Positions 1 to 9,646 of a stretch of 64,000 nucleotides of DNA are shown here, one piece after another; within the stretch, counting starts at the first letter, position 1; every line of letters begins with the position of its first letter. The stretch covers positions 13,126-77,125 of the forward strand of contig CAZETK010000001.1 in the NCBI GenBank assembly GCA_964515195.1, in the 5' to 3' direction. The position numbers and the translations under genes are program-made. The notes beneath the pieces are model-generated. The model did no database searches and was not told where the DNA came from. It saw only the letters and a list, made by a program, of their open reading frames with translations. The stretch is from an uncultured Pseudobdellovibrionaceae bacterium. GTDB lineage: Bacteria > Bdellovibrionota > Bdellovibrionia > Bdellovibrionales > Bdellovibrionaceae.

Positions 1-539
1 TCGTCATTTTGTGACAGGCCGCCCTTGGATCCATCTACCATCGACAGCGCTATGGGGTCTTTATGTCTAATTGTGTGTAGTAAGACGCCTGCGATATGCA
101 TTATCGCGACCACTAAGAACCCATTGGCGAATAATTCATGTAAGTCTTCGTAGGCTTCTTCATTTCCATTGGCCATGAGATAGCCAGTAATGCCAAGCCC
201 AAGGGCGAATACCATCATGACAACAGCAGCCCAACTAGACGCAGGGTTGTGGCCCGCCCATTTTCTTTTGGCACCCGATAAAAGTCCCATGAAATAACTT
301 ATTAGATCTTTTGGATGGAGGGCAAAAGACGTGAAGCGTGCGTATTTTGTTCCAATAAAACCCCAAACAATCCGCAGTATTACAATAAATACCATTATAA
401 GGCCGGCCAGCATATGGTAAGAAAACACAGTAGAGTCATCATCAACTGTTTTCCCAATTACAAATGCCACCACAAAAAGCCCAGCAAACAGCCAATGGAA
501 TAACCTTGTGGGCGTATCATAAATCAGCTTGTTTCTCAT
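1..539 (-). CDS. cytochrome b561 / b-type cytochrome membrane protein (PF01292-like); C-terminus lies beyond the window start
   Basis: Open to the window edge, so absent from the ORF track. Reverse-strand ATG at 539-537 is preceded by GGAGGAAA (548-541). Translation MRNKLIYDTPTRLFHWLFAGLFVVAF..YHMLAGLIMVF..AIMHIAGVLLH shows His-bearing TM helices typical of the family. Confidence 0.7.
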   Translation of the reverse strand, partial: MRNKLIYDTPTRLFHWLFAGLFVVAFVIGKTVDDDSTVFSYHMLAGLIMVFIVILRIVWGFIGTKYARFTSFALHPKDLISYFMGLLSGAKRKWAGHNPASSWAAVVMMVFALGLGITGYLMANGNEEAYEDLHELFANGFLVVAIMHIAGVLLHTIRHKDPIALSMVDGSKGGLSQND

Positions 540-738
540 ATTTCCTCCTAATAGGGTGTTTTAATATTTACCTACAAACAAAATATGCGTCTGGTAGAGC
601 GTTTTGACTATTGGGCAAATGGCTTATATCGATATAAATCAAACCTTTAGGACAAATGGACCATTTTCAAATTTCATTTACTCCCGTTATTGTGGGTAAG
701 AACAGGAATACCCCTGTTTGTTCAAAGAGGAGACAAAA

Positions 739-1002
739 ATGAAACAGCTCATCGTAATTCTGTCCGTTGCAATGGCCAGTGGAATGGCTTACGCCAAGAA
801 AAACTGTACCGATCAACCAAAAGAAGAGTGGATGAAGGTCAGCGATTTTAAGCAGCGTATGGAGGGTCAGGGATACAAAATTCGAAAATTCAAACAACCA
901 GGCACTTGTTATGAGATTTACGGTACTAACAAGGATGGTCAAGATGTCGAAATTTATTTTAATCCTGTCGATGGCTCCATTGTAAAAGAAAAAATCAAGT
1001 AA
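739..1002 (+). CDS. PepSY domain-containing secreted protein
   Basis: ATG 739 follows AGGAG (728-732). Signal peptide MKQLIVILSVAMASGMAYA. C-terminal YEIYGTNKDGQDVEIYFNPVDGSIV is PepSY-like. Pairing with a cytochrome b561 gene is common. Confidence 0.7.
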   Translation: MKQLIVILSVAMASGMAYAKKNCTDQPKEEWMKVSDFKQRMEGQGYKIRKFKQPGTCYEIYGTNKDGQDVEIYFNPVDGSIVKEKIK

Positions 1003-1011
1003 AGATTTACA

Positions 1012-1058
1012 GGGAATCCATTGACCGAATAATTCAATGGGTTCCCTCGCCCCTTTTT
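1012..1058. terminator. bidirectional stem-loop terminator between convergent genes
   Basis: GGGAATCCATTG (1012-1023) pairs with CAATGGGTTCCC (1035-1046) with one mismatch, followed by a T run (1054-1058). Confidence 0.55.
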
Positions 1059-1299
1059 ACCGCATTTCCGTGAGTATGGCTTGGAAAACCCTTTTAATAT
1101 ACTCCTGATCCTCCTGTGTTTGGTCTTCGGTCAATATATCAAGTAACTCTTGTTCTCGCTCAGAATCGTAAATTGTAAGATTCATTTCTCTTTTTATTTG
1201 ATGGATTTCTTCAACCAGTCTTTTTCTTTTCAGAAGACTATTACAAATCTCAAGTGAGATCGTATTGATATCCTGTCGTATCTTATGAATATCCCTCAA
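1057..1299 (-). CDS. chorismate mutase (AroQ type II, monofunctional)
   Basis: Sequence (L)RDIHKIRQDINTISLEICNSLLKRKRLVEEIHQIKREMNLTIYDSEREQELL matches the AroQ helical pattern (R..ID.iD..il.Ll..R......K......i.d..RE). The ORF maximum is 1057-1320 (TTG). I prefer TTG 1299, which has GGAG 5 nt upstream and overlaps the upstream TGA as TTGA. Confidence 0.65.
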   Translation of the reverse strand: MRDIHKIRQDINTISLEICNSLLKRKRLVEEIHQIKREMNLTIYDSEREQELLDILTEDQTQEDQEYIKRVFQAILTEMR

Positions 1300-2573
1300 G
1301 GGGTCTCCAAAGATCGGCAAATGAGGCTCATCGGAGCAATTGGGATTTTATCTTCAGTCTCGAGATAGCCTTGTCCTGATCCTGGATGCAGGATGCTTTT
1401 GTCCTGGCCGATTTTGTCTTTCAATCGCAAAACACGGGTTCGTCGCTTTTGATCTCCGGCCGAAAAGATTTCGATTAGGTCCTGAGATTGGATACGGCCT
1501 TTAACTTCAAACTTAGTCCAAGTGTTGTCCTGCTCCAAGGCATGTCCACAGAACGTTGAATTCAAGCTACGGTTAGTGTCGTTGTAGTTTTGAGAATCCT
1601 GAGAAGGTTGACCCATCAAAAAGCCTTTGTGATAACCCCGGTGGGCCAGTTGCTGGAGGTTTTGTAAAAGCTCAGGATCAAAAGGTTTTCCGGCCGCCAT
1701 ATCATCGATGGCCCGGCGATAAATCCATGAAATCATACCAGCGTAAAAAACAGACTTGGTGCGCCCCTCAACTTTAAACGAGCAGACTCCGGCTTCTTGA
1801 AGCTCTTTAAGATGTTCAATAAGACACAGATCTTTTGAATTCATGATGTAAGTCCCATGTTCATCTTCTTCCATGGCATAAAACTCAGAGGGCTCTCGCA
1901 GGTCTTGAAGAAGTAACTCATCGGGAAGTTTTTTTTCACTCTTGTCCGCTGAGTAAACCTTATAGGGGTAACGGCACGAGTTGTCGCAAACTCCCTGGTT
2001 TGCCTCTCGATGGGACATATAATGAGACATTAAGCAGCGGCCTGAATAGGCGATACAAATAGATCCATGAACAAAAGCTTCAAGTTCGATGTCAGGAACC
2101 TGATTATGGATTTCGCGAATTTCATTTAAGTGGAGTTCGCGGCTAAGAATAATGCGTGAGATGCCGATACTTTGCCAGAACTTGACGGCCATCCAATTCA
2201 TACAATTGGCCTGAACCGAAAGGTGCACGGGGATTTCAGGGTACTTTTCACGGACATGGATGATTAAACCAGGATCACTCATGATCAAGGCATCTGGCTT
2301 AAGCTTCACCCATTCCTCGACTTGTCGGGCGAAGGGCCTTAACTTCACATTGCGTGCGAAAATGTTGGCGGTTAGGTAAATTTTTTTTCCAGCGGCACGA
2401 GCCTCGGAAAGTCCCGTTGCCAGGTCCTCCAGAGTGAACTCATTTTCGCGGGCGCGAAGGGAAAAGAGGGGAACACCCGCATAAACCGCATCAGCCCCAA
2501 ATTGAAAAGCAAAACGCATTTTTTCAAGGGAGCCGGCAGGCATAAGGAGTTCAGGAGTTGGAGGTATGGGCAT
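1296..2573 (-). CDS. peptidase U32 family protein (TrhP/RlhA/UbiU-like Fe-S hydroxylase family)
   Basis: N-terminus ELLMPAGSLEKMRFAFQFGADAVYAG is a U32 hallmark. Cys cluster CIAYSGRC..C(DNS)C. At 425 aa it is close in size to E. coli YegQ/TrhP. Confidence 0.8.
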   Translation of the reverse strand: MPIPPTPELLMPAGSLEKMRFAFQFGADAVYAGVPLFSLRARENEFTLEDLATGLSEARAAGKKIYLTANIFARNVKLRPFARQVEEWVKLKPDALIMSDPGLIIHVREKYPEIPVHLSVQANCMNWMAVKFWQSIGISRIILSRELHLNEIREIHNQVPDIELEAFVHGSICIAYSGRCLMSHYMSHREANQGVCDNSCRYPYKVYSADKSEKKLPDELLLQDLREPSEFYAMEEDEHGTYIMNSKDLCLIEHLKELQEAGVCSFKVEGRTKSVFYAGMISWIYRRAIDDMAAGKPFDPELLQNLQQLAHRGYHKGFLMGQPSQDSQNYNDTNRSLNSTFCGHALEQDNTWTKFEVKGRIQSQDLIEIFSAGDQKRRTRVLRLKDKIGQDKSILHPGSGQGYLETEDKIPIAPMSLICRSLETP

Positions 2574-2650
2574 GCTGTCATCTTTAAACCGTGTTAAAGA
2601 AATTACGCTATGATCTAGATCATATTGCTGTCGGTTCTATTCGCAGGGGG

Positions 2651-5086
2651 CTACTGGTAGGCGATTGCGTCCACAATGAAGCCCTCGTCATTGATGGTGG
2701 CATCTGTCGACAGCCTGAGCCAGACGGTGTCCCCTTCAATAATAGCGGAGTATTCCGAGGGGCGAGTTCCAGTCACAACAGCCATAACAGATTTATTCTG
2801 ATCGAGGAGATAAATCCGGTCGTAGGCGCTCTCAAGCTGGATTTTAGAAAAGTGCACAGACAGGGCTTTGGCTCCAGGCACAGTTATATTCCATATTTTC
2901 TCTGAAGAATGATTATAAGGATGCCCACTTTCAATGGCCGCTGGTTTTTTCATCCACCGAGCGGGGTCGTTGGGGTCAGGCGGAGAAATTTCGTTCCGTA
3001 AGGCATTCCAAGCGTTGACAATCCCCTGAGAGTGGATTTTTCCCGTCAGGAAGCGAAGTGGACTGGCGCTTTTGATAAGGCGTTCTTTCAAGTCTCGAGA
3101 AGTCATGGCGGGATTTTCAGACAGGACAAGGCTAGCCACACCTGCGACGTACGGAGCTGCCATAGAGGTTCCTGACCAGGAGGCATAGGAGTTATCAGGT
3201 AGAGTGCTAAAAACATTTTCACCAGGGGCGGCAATGTGAACGGAACGATTTCCATAGTTGGAAAATTTTGATAATCGCCCCCTATTATCGATTGAGGCCA
3301 CCGAGACCACGGATGGCACTTTATAAGCAGCAGGATAATCTGGGTTTTCATCGGCATTGCGGCCTCGGTTTCCAGCAGCAGCGACAAAAAGAACCCCAGC
3401 TTGGTCAGCTTGATCGATCGTTTGTTTCAAGAGTTCTGAGTATTGCCCAGTTCCCCAAGAGTTATTGAGGATGCGCGCCCCCATTTTAACTCCGTATTGG
3501 ATGGCTTTGATGGCATCGGCAAGCGCACCCCCACCATTTTTGGATAAAAATTTAAGTCCCATAATGCGAACGTTCCAAGCGACTCCCGCTGTTCCAATAC
3601 CATTTTGCCCACGAGCTCCGATGATGCCTGAAACATGGGTGCCATGACCGTGATCATCAATTATTTGGGCGCGGTTGTTGAGAAAGTCATATCCGTGGAT
3701 ATCATCGATATAGCCGTTGTTATCATCGTCCACGCCAGGTTGTCCTTGGGCCTCAGCCTGATTGATCCAAGCATTTGCGGCCAAGTCAGGATGGCTGAAG
3801 TCCACGCCCGTATCAACTACTCCCACCACAACATCTGAGGACCCTGTGGTGATTTTCCAGGCCTCTAAGGCTTTAATATCAACACCCGGTATGCCTTTGA
3901 AGCCCTTACCGTCTAACTGCCCGACGTTACTCAATCCCCAGCACATGGCGAAACTGGGATCATCAGGGACTGTATCAGGATAATAAAGATAATTGGGTTC
4001 GATGATCTGAATGAATGGAGACTCCATTAAGTGTTTAAAAGTTTCAACGGCATTTTGGGAAGATTCGTGTTTTAACAGATACAGATTTTCGGCAATCGGT
4101 GTAACAGCTTGAAAGACAGAGCTCTGTAGCCAGGCTAGATTCGCAAACGGAGCCACTTTCACGACATATTCATTCTCTCGCCATAGAGGGCGGCCTTGAG
4201 ATTGGGTCTGTTTTGGAAGCGTTGCTATTGAGTGCCGACTCCTGGAGCGAGCGAACTCAAGAGACTGGAGGGTCAGAAGATGCAAATTTGCACGCGATTG
4301 ATTTTGAAAATTTCGGTTTTCTGGTAACCAGTCTAAGGACAGATTAAAAAGATCCACACTCGAGAAATCTGCTAGAATCCTTTCGGCGGCAGAATTTTCG
4401 CCCAAGCGTTGAAGACTTTGGGCATAGTAATAATTTATAAGTCCGATCCGGCTTAGACTAGGGTGCAGGTTTGAGGCTGTTTTTGCAAAAATGGAAGAAA
4501 AAATACGCTTAGCTTCTTGAAAGCGTCCCGCTTCAAATTGAATGATTCCCCGTAGTTGATCCGGGCCAAAGTCGGCTATGGAATCATAGCCGACTGCTGA
4601 AAGACTATTGAGAAGTCGTTCGGCTGCTTTCCATTCACTAGAGGCGCTTCCGCCGGCCTTGATATAAGAACGAACCGTCAAGGCATGATAGTACACGAGT
4701 TCAGAGTAAATCTTTTTGGCAGCGGCAGGGATGTTGTTTTTTGTCATATCCCGCCCATAGGTCTTTTCTATTTCTAGCAGCGCTCTTTTGCCAATTGCTA
4801 AACCTTCGAACAGAAGTGATTCAGCCTTGGAGGTTTTAATCGAGGCAATAAAGTAATTAGCCCGTAAATAGCGAGCCGCTCCAAGGTGTGCGTCTAAAGT
4901 CGGCAGTAGATTTTCGATGACTTTTTCGTAGTTGGCCGCCGCATCTTCCGCGTTTTTCACCCCTTGCTCTGTATAGTCCCGTTTGGAAAACTGCTCATCG
5001 GCTCTTTCCAATAAACCATTATAAGTAGCCAGGACTTCAAGGGAAAACAACAAGCATACCAGGGGCAAAAGAAAAAGCTTCGCCAT
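2651..5086 (-). CDS. secreted S8 (subtilisin-family) serine protease with N-terminal helical/TPR-like region and C-terminal beta domain
   Basis: Signal peptide MAKLFLLPLVCLLFSLEVLA. Catalytic triad motifs VVDTGVD, HGTHVSGIIG and SGTSMAAPYVAG. Confidence 0.85.
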   Translation of the reverse strand: MAKLFLLPLVCLLFSLEVLATYNGLLERADEQFSKRDYTEQGVKNAEDAAANYEKVIENLLPTLDAHLGAARYLRANYFIASIKTSKAESLLFEGLAIGKRALLEIEKTYGRDMTKNNIPAAAKKIYSELVYYHALTVRSYIKAGGSASSEWKAAERLLNSLSAVGYDSIADFGPDQLRGIIQFEAGRFQEAKRIFSSIFAKTASNLHPSLSRIGLINYYYAQSLQRLGENSAAERILADFSSVDLFNLSLDWLPENRNFQNQSRANLHLLTLQSLEFARSRSRHSIATLPKQTQSQGRPLWRENEYVVKVAPFANLAWLQSSVFQAVTPIAENLYLLKHESSQNAVETFKHLMESPFIQIIEPNYLYYPDTVPDDPSFAMCWGLSNVGQLDGKGFKGIPGVDIKALEAWKITTGSSDVVVGVVDTGVDFSHPDLAANAWINQAEAQGQPGVDDDNNGYIDDIHGYDFLNNRAQIIDDHGHGTHVSGIIGARGQNGIGTAGVAWNVRIMGLKFLSKNGGGALADAIKAIQYGVKMGARILNNSWGTGQYSELLKQTIDQADQAGVLFVAAAGNRGRNADENPDYPAAYKVPSVVSVASIDNRGRLSKFSNYGNRSVHIAAPGENVFSTLPDNSYASWSGTSMAAPYVAGVASLVLSENPAMTSRDLKERLIKSASPLRFLTGKIHSQGIVNAWNALRNEISPPDPNDPARWMKKPAAIESGHPYNHSSEKIWNITVPGAKALSVHFSKIQLESAYDRIYLLDQNKSVMAVVTGTRPSEYSAIIEGDTVWLRLSTDATINDEGFIVDAIAYQ

Positions 5087-5098
5087 GTTTTAAGCGTC

Positions 5099-5491
5099 CT
5101 ATTTGACTTCAGCCGTACAATTCATGAAGGCCCCAATGAGATCACTTTGGTCTTGAGAGATTTTAAAAACATAATGACCGCCGTTTATGACGGGAACGTC
5201 CGCCCCAGCATTGGCTCCTGCGTACTTCAAATTGATGACGAAGACCCGCAAATCGTCCTTTGCCACAAGCCCGGGGTAATAAGCGACATACAGTTTGTTC
5301 TGAAGCTCGGGAAAACTAAAGTCGTTAAAGTAATTGTCCATGACATTGAATTGGAAAGACTCCTTTTTAATTGTCGTGAATGGAGAACTTTTAGTGACCA
5401 GTTCAAAGAAACAATTCATGCTCCCGCTAGATGCAGCCATGGAGGCCGATGTAAACAGGGAAATTACGGCTAAAATGAGGGCTTTAAACAT
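5099..5491 (-). CDS. hypothetical secreted protein
   Basis: The internal Met gives signal peptide MFKALILAVISLFTSASMAA. No recognisable domain. Confidence 0.5.
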   Translation of the reverse strand: MFKALILAVISLFTSASMAASSGSMNCFFELVTKSSPFTTIKKESFQFNVMDNYFNDFSFPELQNKLYVAYYPGLVAKDDLRVFVINLKYAGANAGADVPVINGGHYVFKISQDQSDLIGAFMNCTAEVK

Positions 5492-5694
5492 GAGAGCTCC
5501 TAAAAATGAGTTTAATCGCGTTTGGAATCTGCATATTGGCAAAAAGAAATCGTTTCAATGGGAAAGTTCGAAATTTGCTAACCCGCTGCGCTCAAGTCCT
5601 CTAAACCTGATTAGCGGTCGTAGGGAGTAACACCCGGGGATGTATGACATAGATCATATGCCTCCAACTGACAAGGCTGCTAAACCAGAGCACT

Positions 5695-6648
5695 ATGCAG
5701 CAAAATTTTCCTTATCCTGATTATGTTCAAGGTCTTCAGGACGGCCATCCCGTTAAAACATACTTTGAGGAAAATCAATATCTTCAAAGAATTCTAAATG
5801 AAATTTCGATAGTTGATGCGGACCAGGATTTTCCCTCCTTCTTCAATTTATTCAATCAGCTTTGTGAAGTGGAAAAGCGCTATGCTCGAAAAGAAAACCA
5901 GTTATTTCCTTTTCTTGAAAAACGGGGTTGGCATGGGCCTAGTCAGGGCATGTGGTCCTTTCACGATGCCAACCGGGATTTATTGCGCCATATAAGAAGA
6001 AAAATTGAGGAAAAAGACTATCAGGGTCTTTCCGATGACGTTGAGCTTGTGGTCTCAGAAATGCGGAGATTGAGCCTTGTTGAAGAGATGAGATTATTTC
6101 CTATGGCCCTTCAGCTTCTTCACCCAGAAGACTGGGGCGAAATGCAGACGGGCGAAGAAGAAATCGGTTGGATGCACAAAACAAACACCGACGTAACTCC
6201 CGTAAAAAAAGAGTCGCCGACACCGACAGCGGCTGTTAATGGACGCCTGCCACTTGATGAAGGGGGTTTGACCCTAGAACAAGTCAATTTGTTGTTGAAG
6301 TTCATGCCGGTAGATCTCACCTATGTCGATGAAAATGATCGTGTGGTTTTTTATAACAGGGGGGAAGAGCGCGTTTTTCCAAGAAGCGCCGGAATCATCG
6401 GACGGGAAGTGCGCTTCTGTCATCCCCCAAAAAGCGTTGGCACGGTATTGAGAATATTGGAAGAGTTCAGAAGTGGAAATAAGAGCGAAGCTGAGTTCTG
6501 GATTCGCTTCAAGGGTCGTGTGATTCATATCCGGTATTTTGCCATCCGCGATCAGTTCAAAAATTATAAAGGTGTTATTGAAATGTCCCAAGATATTACG
6601 GAGATTCAAAAGCTCGAAGGTGAACGACGCCTTCTTGATTGGGATTAA
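5695..6648 (+). CDS. DUF438 / hemerythrin-like plus PAS domain protein
   Basis: C-terminal FPRSAGIIGREVRFCHPPKSVGTVLRILEEFRSG..FWIRFKGR is the DUF438/PAS signature. The N-terminal helical region looks like a hemerythrin HHE domain. Confidence 0.6.
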   Translation: MQQNFPYPDYVQGLQDGHPVKTYFEENQYLQRILNEISIVDADQDFPSFFNLFNQLCEVEKRYARKENQLFPFLEKRGWHGPSQGMWSFHDANRDLLRHIRRKIEEKDYQGLSDDVELVVSEMRRLSLVEEMRLFPMALQLLHPEDWGEMQTGEEEIGWMHKTNTDVTPVKKESPTPTAAVNGRLPLDEGGLTLEQVNLLLKFMPVDLTYVDENDRVVFYNRGEERVFPRSAGIIGREVRFCHPPKSVGTVLRILEEFRSGNKSEAEFWIRFKGRVIHIRYFAIRDQFKNYKGVIEMSQDITEIQKLEGERRLLDWD

Positions 6649-8165
6649 ACGAATCGAAAGCGGCCTTGGCCCCGTCTTTTCAGAACGCCTAAGGCCACCG
6701 CCTTGGCTATTACGCGATAAGCTGTCTCCAGTGAGAGGCCCTGGCTGTCTGCCAAGTCCGCAGCTTTGAAAATCCGCGACCTATCCCAGGTTTGCCCGAA
6801 CGCTTGCAAGGCATCTGGCAAGGGGGGGGCTTTGCGTTTTTGAAGAATCAGTATCAAGGGGCCATGCAACTCAAAAAATAAAGAATCTTTTTTTTTCCTC
6901 ACAGTGAAGTGGGCTTTCCGACTTTTTAAGTTTTTTTGCAGACCCAATAGGACTTGAAAGGCTTTTTGAGGTGAGGTGAATGGGTTCAAGTGTTCATCTG
7001 GGTACATTTGCCGTAGAACCTCCCCCAATTGAATCGGTCTGTAGATGTCAGAGAATAAAATCTTGAGCAAAGTTAGTTGCAGGCCCTTTGGTCTCCAAGC
7101 ACCTGTTTCGGTAATGAGTTCACCATTTTTCAAGTCCAACTGATCAGGGGAATCGTTGGTGGATTGGCCTAGGTGCAGAACAACATGGCGTGGAATGGTC
7201 TGTACAAAGTCCGCGAGAGATTTAATTTTTTTCCGGTACGCTTCGAATTTGGTGCCATGATAAACATGAAGAAGCAATTTTTCATCCCGACAAGCCAGGG
7301 CCCGGTAGAGATCAAGCTCTCGTACAGTTTCATGGGCTTGTTCCCGTAGGCAGCGGTTTCGAAACTCTTCATATGATTTATGCCAGGAAGAGTCCGCCGA
7401 TTTCATCATTCGAAGGATCAATTTCCATTTATCGATAAACAAACTGTAATGGAACCCTTGAGTTTTAATCAAGTTTTCTGTTTTTAAAAGTTTCTCGCTG
7501 GCCTCTGAATAGCGGCGCTGACTGATCAGCATCTGCGCTTCGATCTCGAAACAATTGGATAGAATTAACCAATAAGACTGGGCTTCTGCACGCTCGCGGA
7601 TAGACTCAGCGAGCTGAGGAACAAGCATATAGTGGCCAGTTGCCACGTAAGCCGCCATTAAATTGATTTGTCCGACCAGAAAATCATAGCTCCCTGGATC
7701 GAGTTTTTGGAGATATCTTTTAAAAGGGAGGATGGCTTGAGAGTACTTCCATTGCGCCATGTAATTCATGCCCAGAAAATAATGAGACGTGGGTAGATCT
7801 TGCATATCTTGAGCTTTGAGAATTTCCTCAGCTTCCGAGTAGGCACCCACTCGGAAAAGGCCCAGGGCATACAGCGACTTTTCTTCAGACGTCGGTTTGA
7901 TATCGTAAATTTTTTCAGAACGAACAATCGGGTGAAGCCATTTTATAATAAGTGAGGGGAGCTGAAGTCTTCTGGCGATTTGGCAGGCCGCGACCAGCTC
8001 CGCACGCTTCGGTTTAGCTTCTCGGACTAGGGCCAAAAACTGCTGCCGGGCGGGCGCAACCTGCCCCGCTTTCAGGTACCTGTCAATGTCGGCAAGTTGC
8101 CCAAGAAAGTTCTGTCGCTCATTTAACTTTTTTGCGTCCATCTCCAATTCTTGTTTTGAATTCAT
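6645..8165 (-). CDS. TPR-like helical-repeat protein with possible C-terminal winged-helix domain (putative regulator)
   Basis: 506-aa ORF with helical repeat character. C-terminus LSLETAYRVIAKAVALGVLKRRGQGRFRF looks wHTH-like. A paralogous fragment lies at 31062-31300. Confidence 0.5.
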   Translation of the reverse strand: MNSKQELEMDAKKLNERQNFLGQLADIDRYLKAGQVAPARQQFLALVREAKPKRAELVAACQIARRLQLPSLIIKWLHPIVRSEKIYDIKPTSEEKSLYALGLFRVGAYSEAEEILKAQDMQDLPTSHYFLGMNYMAQWKYSQAILPFKRYLQKLDPGSYDFLVGQINLMAAYVATGHYMLVPQLAESIRERAEAQSYWLILSNCFEIEAQMLISQRRYSEASEKLLKTENLIKTQGFHYSLFIDKWKLILRMMKSADSSWHKSYEEFRNRCLREQAHETVRELDLYRALACRDEKLLLHVYHGTKFEAYRKKIKSLADFVQTIPRHVVLHLGQSTNDSPDQLDLKNGELITETGAWRPKGLQLTLLKILFSDIYRPIQLGEVLRQMYPDEHLNPFTSPQKAFQVLLGLQKNLKSRKAHFTVRKKKDSLFFELHGPLILILQKRKAPPLPDALQAFGQTWDRSRIFKAADLADSQGLSLETAYRVIAKAVALGVLKRRGQGRFRFV

Positions 8166-8401
8166 TCTTTACGCAAGTCTAACCAGTGATTTCTCACCCA
8201 ATATAGGTTTATTCTTAATTTAAGACATATTAGTCGCCAGGGTCTTCGATTTTGGAGTTTTCAGTACCTGTTCTGCTTGTCTCAAGCTGAAACAAAAGTT
8301 CTAAATATCCTAAGACACACTAAGTTTCTGCATTTCTCTTTCTATTTTCTAGATCCAATTACTAGACGTACTTTGAAAAAATAAGGTCATAGGAGGTTCC
8401 T

Positions 8402-9481
8402 ATGGACCAAAAGCAAATTCGAGAGATTATTGAAAAGGCTATCAAGTCACCCAGCGGTGATAATTGTCAGCCGTGGTCCTTTGCGTGGGATGGTATCAAG
8501 CTCTCAATTTATCATGACGAACGTCGAGCTTATCACCCCTTGAACGCCGGTCAGCGCGCCTCATGGATTGCTTTAGGTTGTATGTTGGAATCCATTAAGA
8601 TCGCGGCATCCGCCATTAAGTATGTGGCTGAAATTGAAGTGGGCACTTTGGAATCGGGCAATGATGACCCGTGGGCGGTTGTCCATTTGCTGTCTAAAGA
8701 AGGGGTCAAGGCTGATCCATTGTTTGACTACCTTGAAAAACGCACAACGGATCGACGACTATACCAAGGCGGCGAACTTAATAACGACCTTTTGCAAACC
8801 GTGTTGGAGCGAAGTGAAGAGTATCGTCCAGCGGGTCTTTTTTTCGTAGATCATATTTCACAGAACTTGGAGAAATACATTCTAGAATCAGAAGCTCAAA
8901 TGATGGAGCATCCTGAAGTGATGATCAATATTCTAAAGTGGACCCATCTTTCAACAAGAAAGGCTAAAAAGAGCGGTGACGGTCTTTCGTGGCGGAATAT
9001 GTCAGTGCGGTTGTTTGAAGTCCCCGGCATTTGGTTGATTAAAAAATTTCCGTTCTTGATGAAGTTGGTGCGCCGGAATCTTGTACGTCAACACCGTGAG
9101 AGGATCAAAGCTCAGATTCAAACAGCAGCGGGTTTGATTTGCGTAACAGTCCCAAAGTCAGCGTCCACACCAAAAGACATTGTCAATGCTGCCGGAATGA
9201 TTATGAGAACTTGGCTCCTGTTAACGAGTCAGGCCTATGGATGTCAGCCTCTGACCATGTCTTCAACTTTGATTTATCTGATGAATCAGCAACTCTTAGA
9301 TGAGCATTTCGCAGAGAATATAGAAATTTTCGAAGAAGGCGAGAAGCTGATGCATCAGGAATTCGGAATTCCCGAGGATCAAACTCCAGTGTGGATGATC
9401 CGTACGGGTCGCTCCTCAGAATTGCCTGAAAAGTTACGGACATTCCGCCGATCAGCAGATGATCTTATTCGAGGGGATTAA
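8402..9481 (+). CDS. nitroreductase-family protein (two-lobed, 359 aa)
   Basis: N-terminus AIKSPSGDNCQPW is the nitroreductase signature. SD GGAGG lies upstream of ATG 8402. A paralogous fragment lies at 29300-29494. Confidence 0.6.
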   Translation: MDQKQIREIIEKAIKSPSGDNCQPWSFAWDGIKLSIYHDERRAYHPLNAGQRASWIALGCMLESIKIAASAIKYVAEIEVGTLESGNDDPWAVVHLLSKEGVKADPLFDYLEKRTTDRRLYQGGELNNDLLQTVLERSEEYRPAGLFFVDHISQNLEKYILESEAQMMEHPEVMINILKWTHLSTRKAKKSGDGLSWRNMSVRLFEVPGIWLIKKFPFLMKLVRRNLVRQHRERIKAQIQTAAGLICVTVPKSASTPKDIVNAAGMIMRTWLLLTSQAYGCQPLTMSSTLIYLMNQQLLDEHFAENIEIFEEGEKLMHQEFGIPEDQTPVWMIRTGRSSELPEKLRTFRRSADDLIRGD

Positions 9482-9646
9482 TTGCAAGCCACGGAACCTG
9501 TCCGTTAGCGGCCATCCCTCAGAACAGAGAGACTGCAGGACAGGCTCGTAGAAGACACAGTCTTGTTTCAAATTGAGATTTGTATACGGACTGTCGACAT
9601 CAGTTAGCTTTAGAGAGATAATCAATTTTGGGGGACATTGTAACTT

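Noticed and set aside
315-503. 62-aa plus-strand ORF
   Set aside because: It lies entirely antisense to the well-supported cytochrome b561 gene (1-539, minus). It has no SD and a low-complexity product.
2591-3983. Series of 60-104 aa ORFs on both strands inside 2651-5086
   Set aside because: They are shadow ORFs within the S8 protease gene, whose catalytic motifs fix the true frame.
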